Below the pieces are notes generated by a model. It was not told where the DNA came from, did not search any database, and saw nothing but the letters and a program-made list of their open reading frames with translations. A stretch of 49,603 bases of DNA from Cirrosporium novae-zelandiae (taxonomy: Eukaryota), in the NCBI GenBank assembly GCA_026023565.1, contig JAPETS010000060.1, positions 62,001 through 111,603 on the forward strand, given 5' to 3'. The position numbers were made by a program, and so were the translations under genes. Positions 1 to 12,094 of this stretch are shown piece by piece (position 1 is the first letter of the stretch; each line of letters begins with the position of its first letter).

Positions 1-900
1 GGCTGTGAGTGTTGAGCATTCACTAATATTACCTTACATCTTGAGGGCAGTGTTAATTTTTTATACTAGTATCTGACTTTATACATTGTAAGGGAGGGTA
101 TAGTGTTGAAATATTTCCCCTACCCAACACTGTAGCCATCCTAATTAGTGTAAGTTCAGTATTCTGCGTACGTATTCGGGGTTGGGAATGGACCAGACCG
201 ACCAGGCCAACCTGTACGTATTATTAATCAATGAAGTCTCCCCTCTATCGCCTTGTCCTCCACCACAACCATACTAATAGAGACAAAACAGGATGGGTAC
301 TACTCGATAACCCCACCTGAAATATGGGATCCAGTCCTCATCTTGAGCTCCAACATGTTTCCTCCTTAACAGCATCCCTATGAAAATCCAACCTCTTTAT
401 ATTTAAAGCCCCAGAGTCACAAGGCAGTAGCGTTATAGACCATTCTAAATATCAATTTCCCACACTACCATGTTTATCTTGTTCCTAGAGTTTCATAGAA
501 CGAACAACAAAGCTACTTCCACTTCCAAAGTTATGCTCTCGAGTTAAGAGAATGGAGGCTTGGAATCCCCTACAAACGGGCTCTAAACCAGCCTTTACAA
601 AGATTTTAGTTATTATGATGTTATCTTTGCACTTTCCCTAAGTTTTGAGATCGAGGGGAGTATGATTCTCCGGTCTGAGATGATTAATGCCAAGCACCCC
701 TTCCAGGACAATTATTGCTTCTGGACTAAGTAGCTCCAAATTCCTAGCGATCAGTCATAATAAGATTCTCTGTCTCGAAAGCTTGCCCAGGCGTAAGAAA
801 CGTAAAAGAATGGGAGAAATAATCACGCCGAGAGTTGGAGGAGCCTTCATAAAGGAGGTTCGATGTTGATGCGTAAGCCTACAGGTGGAAAGACAAAGAC
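1..900 (-). pseudogene. Degenerate, probably RIP-mutated gene remnant of unknown family; may continue past the left edge
   Basis: Minus-strand protein-like stretches are broken by TAA/TAG stops, e.g. GNMLELKMRTGSHISGGVIE*YPSCFVSISMVVVEDKAIEGRLH* (~363-230). Intron-like signals (...CTAATTAG, GTAAGG) lie near 140 and 35. Region is TpA-rich. Confidence 0.35.
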
Positions 901-1310
901 ATGGTTGATAGTGCAAAAAAGAATAACAACAAGGCCCAGGCTCTAGTTCAAGGAGAGTAGACTACGTTCGATATGGAAACGAATAGTCCTAGCCGTAAAG
1001 GGGGTGGGGAAGAGGGAGAGGTTGATCCATTCTACCGATACTTGAATACGGAAAGGGTATTACCTGAGCCAGAGAATATATTTCTAGATTGAGTTATCTC
1101 TATAGATAACTGCAGGTCTTTGACTTGGACGCCATAAGCCACATAGGGGAGAATAACGAGGGTAATTAGATACTTTTCCTCCTTCCATATAACAATTTGT
1201 GGTCCCATTGTTCCCCGATCATGTTAATTAGTGTGATTAGCTTCCAAACCATCCTAATTACCGCCTTCACCACGGCCCCATCGATTTCCTTGCCCTTCTC
1301 AAAGAACCTC

Positions 1311-2947
1311 TTACGCAGTATGGGAGGAGTTGTCTAAAAAAGACATCCGCCTAGCTCTCGAGTAAGGTATCCTTTTCGCCTTCTGAGTTCTAGTCCACTC
1401 CTCCTCTGCCGCCGCAATCTGCGAATTCCGAATCAAGTATCCAGCAAACACAGTCTCCCAGCCTCCGTTACTTGCAATAAAGATACTTGGGAAGAGCGTA
1501 AGCTCCACAGGATCCTCGAGCGGCGGTGTGATTGGAGTAGCCGTAGGTCTTGTGGCTGTGCTTTTGGGTGAAGTTGGAGCCGAGTGGTTGGAATCGCATG
1601 GCAGAAGGATGGTCCGCCAAATTGTCATATCGGTCTGTGTAACTTCGAGGCTGGCCTCGAGCCTCACTTTGCTTATTTGGGCCTTGTGCCAGAGTTGGAC
1701 GGCCTCTTTGATCAGATTTCTCAATTCGGGAAGAAACGTCTCGTGAGTTCCTGATGTCATTAGAGGAGCGAGGGTGACATCAGCATCCTGGACCACAGAG
1801 GATATCAGCTCTTCGGACGATTGCTCCTGGATACCTCCAGCTGATTCGGAGAGAAGTATTGCTCTACATAGAGATTCTTTAGTGACGTCTATTTCAGCCT
1901 GTTGGACGAGAAAGTCGTATAGATCTCTGGCCGTACGTGGGACACGTTTAGGTGTAAAAATATCGCGGGTAATCAATGCACTTAGGACTGCCATGGCAAT
2001 AGTCATCCTCACATTCTTCGCTGCCGTTGAGTTTGAACAAGGTATGTGCAGCTCAGACTCAAAAAGTGGCAGAGAATGGAACCATTTGAACCAATCGTCC
2101 TGTCCCTAAGTGTAACGAGTACAATGTCAGTATATATTTATAGACCCGAGGAAATATATCATTGTAGGTCCTAGATGATTTGGCACCAGACCTTAAGGAT
2201 ATGATCAGGAAGATCTTGTGCAAAACATCTTTTACAAAAAGAACTTAGGTGCTTCCATAACTCCCCCATTTCATTATAACTAGATAACAAGACCATGAAT
2301 CAGCAAGTATACGGATATGCAGAGGATTGAAACACGTACAAATCGACTACTTTTAATTGTTCAAGAGGGGAGCGGTAGCTCTCCCACTTACGCAACTCGC
2401 CCCGACACTCGTCCACCGTTCTCCGTAGGCCATTGGCTTCTTCTTCCTTTTGATCCAGGGTACTTTGGAACCCTTTGGTCTTTTCTTTCAGAATTCCTAT
2501 CTGTACCCGCAGGTCGTCCAGTTCCTTTTTCTTCTTGTTAAGTTCTTTGCCCAACCTTGCTTCCTCATCTCCAAGCCTTTTGATTTGAGTCGCATCGCTA
2601 ATTTTCTCCTCCTCCAAAGTATGTCTAGTTCGTTTTAAATTCTTATTTTGCTCTTCCAATTCGGCAATCCGTGAGGAGTCGGTCCTAGCTTGGATCGTAA
2701 GAGTATCTTTGAGTCCAGCTATTTCTTTGTTCATGTCCTTCAGTTTGGCTTCCTGGGCGGACAATTTTTCGACTAGTTTCCCTTTTTCGAGGTGATTGTT
2801 TTTGTTCCTCAACCAATTTTCAACAGACTGAAGAATTTGGTGCACATCTCCATTTGCTTTCTGGTCTTCGACTGAACAATTGTGGATTGTTGACTTGGAA
2901 ACCGGAAGAGTGGTGTTGTTCGGGAGGCCCTGCACTACCGTAGACAT
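1311..2947 (-). CDS. Fungal coiled-coil protein (family often auto-annotated 'MEI5-like'), 3 exons
   Basis: Exons 2947-2340, 2279-2192 and 2105-1311 join in frame across GT-AG introns with CTGAT/CTGAC branch sites. N-terminal heptad coiled coil, then IPCSNSTAAKNVRMTIAMAVLSALITRDIF and a C-terminal LFPSIF motif. Confidence 0.7.
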
Positions 2948-4731
2948 TTTTGAAAGAGCTCACCGGCCTTATGTGGTACTTTGAATCCTGATTAGTAAAT
3001 ACTAACGTCTGATAAATTTGCAATGGTGGTGAATCCAAAGCAAAAACTACTTGGAAAGTTAGACTCATGACCAACAGATATAGTTCAATCTCACTAATCA
3101 GTTTCCCCCTGCTGGATCAAGAATGGGAAGGCTTCCGGATGAATTAAAAGTGGTAGGCAGTGTAAGTTGATTCCTGTATATTGGTCCTTGAAACAATATG
3201 AATTTACAATGTTGATGGATAAAGTGCCGCAGTAAAAAGCATCCAAACTTGCCAATCAATTCTGAACAAGCCATTTATATATCCAACGCACCCCTTGTTA
3301 CTCTCCTCGATCCATGTTAGCACGGTATTGCCTCTCGAAAAGGCCTCCCGGTCGTATTATAGCTTCACCTAGCAACTTCCTTCAAGGATATCGAACATAT
3401 AGAAGGAAGCCAGGGGGTGCAGTCTGTGAATACCAGCGGGAAACGCGTCTAGCGCAAAGACTCTGCCGACATGATTTGCTTGAAACCTGTTTTGAGTTTG
3501 AGGCTAACTGCGTATGAAGGCAATTGCATATATTATACAGTATTAGATTCCGGCAAGCAATGACACCTACCTTGTTTATTGGCAAGCGGATATCATAACC
3601 GCCAAAGTAGATGAGTGACCTTTTGAGAATAGGTTTCTGCTGCGGCCTGACCACTCTAATCATTTTTCGTTATCGACAAGACCCTGTGGTTCGGTGCCCA
3701 ATGTTAACAGACGGGAGAAATAGAAGCAAGACCACGTCAATAGACAGGAGGGATCTTTTAAAATGTAAAGTATTAGAAGAAAATGCGTGCATAGTAAATG
3801 TTAATTGAAGTGAAATTAACGCTCTGATCAACCGTTCGATCGGCATCGAGAAGAGAGTTCATTCACTGTTTTGAGAGCCCTCGGCCACTCATTGTTGCCC
3901 ACGTAGGTAGCCTTGTAAATCATTTCTGCGGGGTTGCAGGCAGCCTCACATTTTTACCTCATAACCCGATATAAATATAACGCCACCGTAGAAAGTATGC
4001 GTCCCTATAATTGATAGAAGCCAGGACTCCCTTACGGCTACAGATCCCATAAGAAATGACAGCCCGTATGCGCATGCTAAGCCACACCTGCACTATTGTC
4101 GTGAATCCCCGACAGCTCCGCGATTTTGGTTGGATGCAAGACTACTCGAGTACATTCACAATGTAGACGGTACATGCGGGGAAGCACGTCATAAGTGGGA
4201 GAGGGGTTCCTTATAGGAAAAAGGAAGACGAGAAGGTCAGCATTCGGTTTTGTATTACAACAGACCCTATAAGTTATATATTTTATATTATATGCATCAT
4301 TGGAGTCTGCAGTGCGCTATTTACGCTATTTGACCTAGTCTTTGACAATATTATAATATAGGTAGTATATTATAGCAAAAACAGCCATTTCCGTAAATGA
4401 TAAGAAGAGACCCCCTAACATGATAGGCTTTTCTACCTCATACCAGTCACTAAAGGATTTACTAGTTTGAAAGAAGGGCGAAAGACCAGGGGCTACGGCC
4501 TAAGGAGAAGCTGCAAGACAAATAAACCTATAACAACCCATAATGGGATAGATTAACGGCTAGACCCAAGGGCTGGAAGTAAGCGGAATGAGCAAACTCA
4601 CTCCAGTATCCGATAGAGCTATTAGCATGACAGTAAAAAGATTACACACACATACGCCTCTGTATTTGCTTTCCATCAGCATCATGGATACTCAACGTAC
4701 GATATCCCAAATCCAGCGCTGGTATAAAACA

Positions 4732-5103
4732 TCACTGTGCTTCAAGCTTCTCTTCTGAGATGGAAAGTATACGTCCATAGCAGCCATTACACAAGGGTTC
4801 GTTCCATTGGCCCATCGTAAAGGCTACTAGCTTCGATGTTTTTTTGCGACCGCAGCGATTGCATGTAAAGTCTGTTCTCTTGGAAAGTCGATACAGGCAC
4901 AAAGAGCCACGTTTGGGATACTGCTTTTCTACCTCTAAATGTGGCGGCACAGAGCTTTGAGTTTGGTGGTTCATGAGGGACACTTTGGTTGTAGCCTCTA
5001 GGGCTAGAGTCTCAAAGTTGGCTTCGGGATAGACTCGTTTAACTTGGGAGAAAACTGTAGAATAATTACTACCTAGAACTAGAACAATGTTGATCTTGTG
5101 CAT
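4732..5103 (-). CDS. Small protein with a putative C2-C2 zinc finger; start uncertain
   Basis: Open frame with FTCNRCGRKKTSKLVAF...WNEPLCNGCYG (two CxxC pairs). First in-frame ATG is at 5103; an upstream exon is possible. Confidence 0.65.
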   Translation of the reverse strand: MHKINIVLVLGSNYSTVFSQVKRVYPEANFETLALEATTKVSLMNHQTQSSVPPHLEVEKQYPKRGSLCLYRLSKRTDFTCNRCGRKKTSKLVAFTMGQWNEPLCNGCYGRILSISEEKLEAQ

Positions 5104-5649
5104 TAGACTGTAGTACCTGCTGAAAGGTAATCCTTTGCTTGAATTCTTGGGATAGTGCGTGAGCTCGGTACTCAAGACAGAGATGCGTGGTGTTGTGGTG
5201 TTGGAGATTAGAGTAGATTGGTACTGATGGAACTGTTAAAGAAAGATTTCTTGATTGATTAATGGTCTCTCTAGTTGGGTGATGGAGGGACATATATAGA
5301 GGATGATGATCCCAATCCTCCGTATTTCATGACTGAAAGGTTTGTTCCGGGTAGTATACCTACTACGTCAATGGCTAGCGTAAACCCACGCCCTCCACGG
5401 CTCTCCCATTTGCTGCACATAAGCAGAAATGATGCAGTGCCGCGATCATGAGGATAAATAAAAGCTTTGTTAGGAGATCAATTGAATAGTTGGTACGAGC
5501 GTTCGGTAAAGTGAAGCTCCAAAAAAATATTTATCATGCCATCTAGACGAAGGCTCGACGTTTATATGGTTTAGAAAATTGCGATCTTCTTGCTCGATGG
5601 CTTCACAGCACTGAATTGCACCAATCAAGTCTTTTATTGGCGTTATTCT

Positions 5650-6930
5650 GGGATAAGCCTCTAAAATAGCTAGAATGACACCTTAGCGTTCGCGTCGAGT
5701 ACGAGAATCGAAGTTTCTAGGTATTTATCAGGTCCAACTCTCTTATGAAGGGCGACGAGGCCTTGGAGAGTGGATCGGCTTTGAAAACTTCGGAGCGAAA
5801 CCGGTAGGAATAGAGTACGTGCTAAGCGGTCACGTTTAGGCGTCCTATAATGGACACAGTTGAAAAGGGTATGGTGGTGATCGCCTTGGCTGACTCAGTC
5901 AGGACCTTGGGATGGATGTTTTCGAGGCTAACTTTGGCGGTACGTTGAATCTTGTAGGGTGAGCTACTACCATCTCCAATATAGTTCTCTTCATCGAGCT
6001 TGAATCTTTGGCTGGTCTCTTCGTTGATTGTCGTCTTGATATTCTCATTTAACGTTACAATCTCCTCTCCGAGGGCAATGAATTCCAGCCGCTGCTCAAA
6101 TTTATACTACATCCACACTGAGGGTGATTATCGACACTTATGGTAATACCACAGCGATATCTCACGCATGTCGTCGATATGGTCCTTCCAGAACGGCTGA
6201 TTAAGAAAACCGTTTTGGCTGTCGACGCTCCTTTCCGCCCTATAATACGTCGGGAACGTGTTATGATCCTAGTGTTTCCCCGAAACGGAGGATTCTGTCA
6301 ACTCTACCATCTAGAATGATGAGTAACAGCAGTAGTCCATTTGCCACTAAACCCCACCCGAGATGCTTCGTAGTCGTACTCATACCAGTCATTCTCCCAG
6401 ATCCCACTCACTAGAATGTGATATTTCTGTAGAGTTAGTGAGTGTCATTTTCCATACGTAGTGAGAAGGACGAGTTTTATTTTACGAGGCCTTTGATATA
6501 TTTTCATTTGTTAGTAATCATATGTTTATCATTAGATTAGAGAGAATAGTCAGATGACATTGTACTTACATAGGTACGTGGTTTCTTTACGTTCAGGGGT
6601 AGGTTCGCTAGAATCTCGTTCCTAACCAGAGTGAAATGCTATTTGTAGCTGCTTCGTACAGTATCAACGCTCGGCTCGTTCTCCAAGTCATCTTGGGTTC
6701 CTTGGGTCACGAACTCGGCAAAATGCTTCAAAGTAGAAAAATGACAAGGGTTTGTGCCTAGACGGTACTTTTTATATTTATAAAAATGGGATCGAGACTT
6801 TAGAATAGTTCTCACTGCAAGGTATATGTGTTCAGAATGGGAAGAGCATACTCCCACTATATATCTATCTGCTTTTTGTACAGTACAAGGGAAGAGAGTT
6901 GCACCTCGTATTGACTGACAGATCGGCACT
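5650..6930 (-). pseudogene. DUF3435 tyrosine recombinase (Starship captain) pseudogene with stops, frameshifts and an internal deletion
   Basis: Ordered minus-strand motifs: STLKHFAEFV..EPSVDTVR; intron (GTAAGT ~6569); YIKG; LTLQKY..IWENDWYEYDYEASRV; MVELTESS; H*DHNTFPTYYRAERSVDSQNGFLNQPFWKDHIDDMREISL; *YKFEQRLEFIALGEEI; AR*RELYW; TLFNCVHYRTPKRDRLARTLFLPVSLRS. These match remembered DUF3435/FluG-annotated captain motifs. Confidence 0.8.
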
Positions 6931-7439
6931 AAAATAATGAATATCGAGACGCTAGAGATATAGAGTATAATTGAGATGGGGAACTTATTAAGGTGAACGA
7001 GAAAGAAGCGGACGAGGGACAGAATTTAACAGATGGGAACGTCGCAACAGAGAGCTGAATAAGGTATGAATTGCAAGGTAGAATCCCAATTTTACCTTTG
7101 CGATATGATACAAGGGTGGATTAGGGGACCTATAATGATACGGGATTAATTTTGATACCGGAAGTCCATTCTGGCTCCCTTGGGCCTGCTCGCCAGAATA
7201 AGCACTCTAGACAGCGGCACGACCAGGATGGGTTCCGTTTCAATAGCACACGGAGGATGATGTAGGCCATGAGCTGCTGGGGCTTAGTTAGAAGAGGTGA
7301 GGGGTGGAGAGCGCCCATTGATGGGTGGGTGTGTATGAGTTAGGCAAGCACACAGAACTCCGTTAGAATTATGGTTAAACAACTCTAGTTCTGTTAAATA
7401 CTACAGCCTAATAAAGCAGCAGGTTTCATTTGATCTCTT

Positions 7440-8354
7440 GATCAGGGATCAGATCAAGGTTCCACTTTCTTACCATTCAGATTTTGGAATGTCAGATTAT
7501 ATTTTTAAGATCCTTGTGTTAGCTGCCATAAATACCAGGTTGGGTTCGATTCCTAAGAGCGCTAGTGATTGGTCAGACTGGTGTCAGTGTTCTTCTCCTC
7601 GCAAAATCAAAGCTTGTTATCAGGAGGCTCTTTTCTTGAGCAAGTATTAGGAGGCTTTAGATCATAGTGAAAGCCGATCGAGGGTTCGCTAGCGATGGGA
7701 GTCTTCAACCCGAATTCGTGGATTTATTCCATCGCATAAACGTTCCTTTGCATGTATCGATAAAAGTTCTCGTTTGATTGGAAGTAAGAAGGTTGGCGGG
7801 GTGGTTGTAGAAGGTTCTCCAGGCTGTGATGTCTCAATTGCTCGAGAGCTTGAGAGGACGCCTTTCACGTTGGAACTCCAACTCTAGGCTTTTAACCAAG
7901 CCCGAAACCTATAGCGGCTCTGGGTAGAACTCTTTACAAGCAAAGACCTATTGCTGCAACACACATTAGAATCTTCTATTCACATTGATTCGGGTTCTAA
8001 CCTGTTCATCGATGGATTGTTTTCAAAGTCATGGCAACGATAGTGAATCCACGGTTTAGTAGCCTTACCATAAGCTCCTAATAATCTCTTGGAATATCGT
8101 CCTCTCACACAAGGACCATTCATTGCTGCTGAGCAAAAGATAATCTATCTTCATTAGGAAGCCGTGTCAAGACTAGTGCGCGGAAAATTCAACGGCAGTT
8201 TGCCATTATAGACCTCATTCTCGAGGAGCACGTTGATGTAGGATTCCCGATGCGAGAAAAGAAGGATGAAGAGCACCTTGAGAACTTTGAAGAAAATAAT
8301 TTGATTCTTTGCATGTTTATGCTCATTCAGATCAAGCTCCTCAAAGTCGCTCAC
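7440..8354 (-). pseudogene. Protein kinase pseudogene (fungal accessory kinase type)
   Basis: Frameshifted remnants in kinase order: N-terminal KVLFILL..INVLLE..KLPL..SFAQQQ; LGAYGK..WIHYRCHDF (Gly-loop region); EFQRE..ALEQLRH; LCDGI/IHEF; IGFHYDLKPPN (catalytic loop, ~7678-7646); LLITSFDFAR (DFG region); SDI. Confidence 0.65.
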
Positions 8355-9021
8355 AATTTCAAGACCAGTTGTGGGGGTTGTCGAGCTTAGCTCGCAAGCC
8401 GACCGAGGCTCGTCACCTCGTCTACCACAGCAAGTTAAGTCGTGTCTCTGTGAGTCACGATGAATGACAGAAAGCGTGCCAGTAGTATGTACCTAGGTAA
8501 TTAATTTACAGAGCAAAACAAGACAAGGCAAGGCCAGGCAAAACATCTTCTGCCAAGTTTCAATGATTGGTATCATGGTTACTTTAACTTTATGCCTATC
8601 TACGAGTCCAATGATAACCAACAGTAATACCGCAATACATGACCGCTACGACCGACAACCAAGGGCAACCTCTCTCGTCAAGTCTACCCCGTCATTCCCA
8701 ACCAAAGTTTATGGCAACTATGTATGGCTGCCAGCTGTCTACCACGGCAAGGCACTTACAGAAGCTTGAGGCATCCTATCATTCCATGATTCTATGCAAG
8801 ATTCCGAAGTAGCTCATATCCTACTAATCTAGACTACATAGCTAGAATTGACCAATGCATCCTCTCAGTCCTCTCAAACAACCTTGACAAATACTATTCT
8901 CTAAGTTGCCGCACAAGGATAGGTTAGGACTAAATATGCAGGTACTGGAGAACTGGGAAATTCATGCCCAAGAAGCCTGAGAAAGCATCTGGAGGCTTCC
9001 AATTCTCACCAACTTTCCATC

Positions 9022-11258
9022 ATGTTTACTCAAGAAAAAGTCTCTGATATCTTCTCCACTGCGCTAACCCAATATCATCATGTCATCATCCAAGAGCAGC
9101 AGCAGTTCGAGGCCAGTCTTCCTCGCAATGGCAAAAATAGACTACAAGATGCTGATATCGACTACGAGAACGACTTAAGAGTCCGAGCAGAAGTTATTGA
9201 AACTGCTCTTTCCTACATTGACAAGATTTCATCTCAGACAGATTCTCTGACCAATCTGTTTTCCGACCTCCGTCAGAATTCACATAGTATACCACCAAGC
9301 AAGGTTGGGCATCAAATCACCGTCGAAGACAACGAACCATTCATCGACCCAATTTCTGGTATTTGGATATCACCCAATACACCATTTTCTGCAGGGCCTT
9401 CAAAACGCAGCTCCTTGCTGCCGGAGGTAAGAGCATTTTTAAAGAGGTCAACTTAAAGATAGCCCTACTATAAACTTCCAGTATCATGAGCCACGTTCTG
9501 ATTCCAAACTCTGCTCATTCAGAGCGAAAAATCCGTCAATGGGGTAGATAAGCCTCTATTTCCAAATCCTCCGCCGATATCTTCCAACCCTAGCGACACA
9601 TTACGATCCGCAGCTCCAGCGGATATAAACCACATTTCGACCCAGTTAACCAGTACGCTCCTCTCCTTAACCTCATCTGCACCAACAATTCCGCCTTCGC
9701 CTATAAAACAAAGCGAGATTCTACAGCTAGAGGAAGATCGATATCCAAGAGCGGAAGCGTTACATGTTATTCCTACGGCAGGAGACAAATATACGTCTCA
9801 AGATAATCGGTTCAATAAACCAATAGAGCAAGGTAATTGGACACCACAAAGCATGAATTCGGACGAAGAAATGCAATCTCAATCTTCTATTACGCAAAAC
9901 GGCAAAGCTAACATTGCCCAAGAAGTCTCTGGTGAACAAGAATTTGAATTCAACGAGCTTACTCAAGAATATCAAAAGATACAAACAAATTCGCAATCCC
10001 AGGTGCCACGGCAAGAAATTGAATCGAAGGAGGTCAACCCATTAACAGAGTCCCCTCCCATCCATTCAGCCATGGAGGAGCCAGACCCGTCGTTCGTGGA
10101 AGCAACCAGACTCCAAGCCAAATTTGATGCTGAAGATCGGGCACTCAGACTACAAGGACTGTATGCAAAGCAACTTGAAAGCAGCCAGAGGGATGATGAC
10201 CGACCGCAAGACGAGCACAACATCGAAGCTCAAGCACTTAGAGAACAAGAGATGTATGCGAGAAATCTAGCAATTCAAGCAAGGGAGGAATTTGACCAGC
10301 TGCTTCAAGATCAAGAAACTTTTGCCCGCAACTTGCAGGATCAGTTCGAAATTGAAGGGCGAGCCGAACTTGAGAGGCTACAGAGACATTTTAATGTTGA
10401 AACTAAAACCAACGTGCAACTCAAAGAACAGGAACTTCTAGCTCGTCAGCTACAAGATGACGAAGAACGGGAGCAGACTATCCGCGAGGCACAGAGACTC
10501 CAGCAACAGTGGGATGCCGAAGACCTTCAACGAGCACAAGATGCGAAACTTGCTACTGAGGAGAATGAAAAATTCAAATTGATAGAAGAGGAGGAGCAAA
10601 GAGAAAAGAGGGAGGACGAGGCAAGGAGGAAAGCCCGACAAGCTGAATGTGTTGTTTGCTCGGAGAACTACGACAAGGTTGACATGGCTGTCCTGAAATG
10701 CCAACACGCTTACTGTATTGAATGTCTCCGACGTGAGTGAGCTCCTTCCAACCCCAGAGTATAACATGTTCTAATGACATTAAAACAGAGGGAGTCAATA
10801 CGGCCTTGAAGGACAAAAAGCCATTTCACTGCTGCAATGTTCGTGTTCCCATCGCCTCTTTCGCCGGAAAAACCGACGCTGCCCTCGCTGCTGCCTACGA
10901 CGCTATGCTCCTCGAGCGTGATACACCCGATCCTCTCTACTGCGCCAATAACCACTGCCCAACCTTTATCCCACCGTCCTGCGTCAAGGCCGACGTTGGC
11001 ACGTGCCCTCAGTGCGACAGCCGCACCTGCAAGCTGTGCAAGAAGCTCGAGCACCCCGACGTTTGCGATCAAGACCACGATGGCGTGGAACTCATGCTCA
11101 AAGCCGAAAAGGAAAAATGGAAGCAGTGCCCACATTGCCATATCCTCGTCGAGAGGAACGAGGGTTGCTTGCACATGACGTGTCGCTGCGGCACAGAGTT
11201 CTGCTACAACTGCGGACGAGATTACGGTGTATGTCCTGGAACTTGCCCGAGGAAGTGA
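9022..11258 (+). CDS. RBR (RING1-IBR-RING2) E3 ubiquitin ligase with long coiled-coil N-terminus
   Basis: Exons 9022-9426, 9523-10732 and 10789-11258 join in frame. RING1 CVVC..CQHAYCIEC..PFHCC; IBR YCANNHCPTF..CPQC..TCKLCKKLEH; RING2 WKQCPHCHILVERNEGCLHMTCRCGTEFCYNCG. Confidence 0.92.
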
Positions 11259-12094
11259 GAACAATTCTCGGCTGGCTGAGGATCTACGTGCTCATGATAT
11301 ATTGTTTATTTATATATTGGTATCAATTTGACATACTATTGCGGAGACTAGAAGTACTTTGTTGGATTCGGATATTATTGTATATATAGGAGAAAATGCA
11401 TACTGGATATGTAGTTACAGCAAACCTCAACATGACCTGTCAATTAAAAGAACATTCCCTCCGTTCTCTCTCTCTCTCGATTGGGAAAAATTCTACTGAT
11501 GTTCCGTGCCCTAAATACATTTTCCACGTGTAGGTGTACTGAAGACGTTTGTTTAGTCCGCTTCTGTGGGATAACGATATTCCGGAATATTTTCTACCGA
11601 GATTAGATAATATGGATAGCATAACTTTCATAGATTTAATTTTACATTCTTGCACAAAATAACACTTCACCTTGGCTCAGAGAACAACAAACAACTGATG
11701 AGTAGCGGTGTATATTTTCAAAGATGAGTCAACAAGACTGATCTAGCCGGAGTTTGAAGCCTCGAAGCATATATCCATAGATACTAGGCACGGGACTCAC
11801 CGCCCGATAGGCAACAGTAGAGGGCTTCTTATCAGGTTTTCTCATGTGCCCATTCAGTCGCTATTTTCTTTGCATTTGCTTTGTTGCTTCACCATAGTAC
11901 CTAAAGAACTTGGAGTCATATATCTATTCCTAACAGAAATGATGCCTAATATTTGCCTACCCGCTGATCAATGATCATTCCACTCTACTAATTGGCTAAA
12001 TAGTCTGACCAATTCAGACCTCTTACGAGTTAGACGTTTCGTTATCGCCTATCCCGAAGCACTTTTATATACGGGACGAGTGGAAAGAGTGAAA

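Larger units (their letters stand above)
1..7400 (-). mobile_element. Putative captain-proximal end of a derelict Starship element, with cargo extending left beyond the window
   Basis: Inferred from the DUF3435-like captain pseudogene at ~5650-6930 (-). Accessory-type genes and decayed remnants lie downstream of it. The boundary is not identified; it is placed between the captain start and the kinase relic. Confidence 0.5.

Noticed and set aside
3300..3850. Short overlapping ORFs or a possible remnant
   Set aside because: No recognisable motif; cannot be told apart from intergenic DNA.
7500..7566. tRNA-like T-arm TTGGG-TTCGATT-CCTAA with upstream CTGCCAT (Gly anticodon-like)
   Set aside because: No acceptor-stem partner, D-arm or paired anticodon stem; it overlaps the kinase relic on the other strand.
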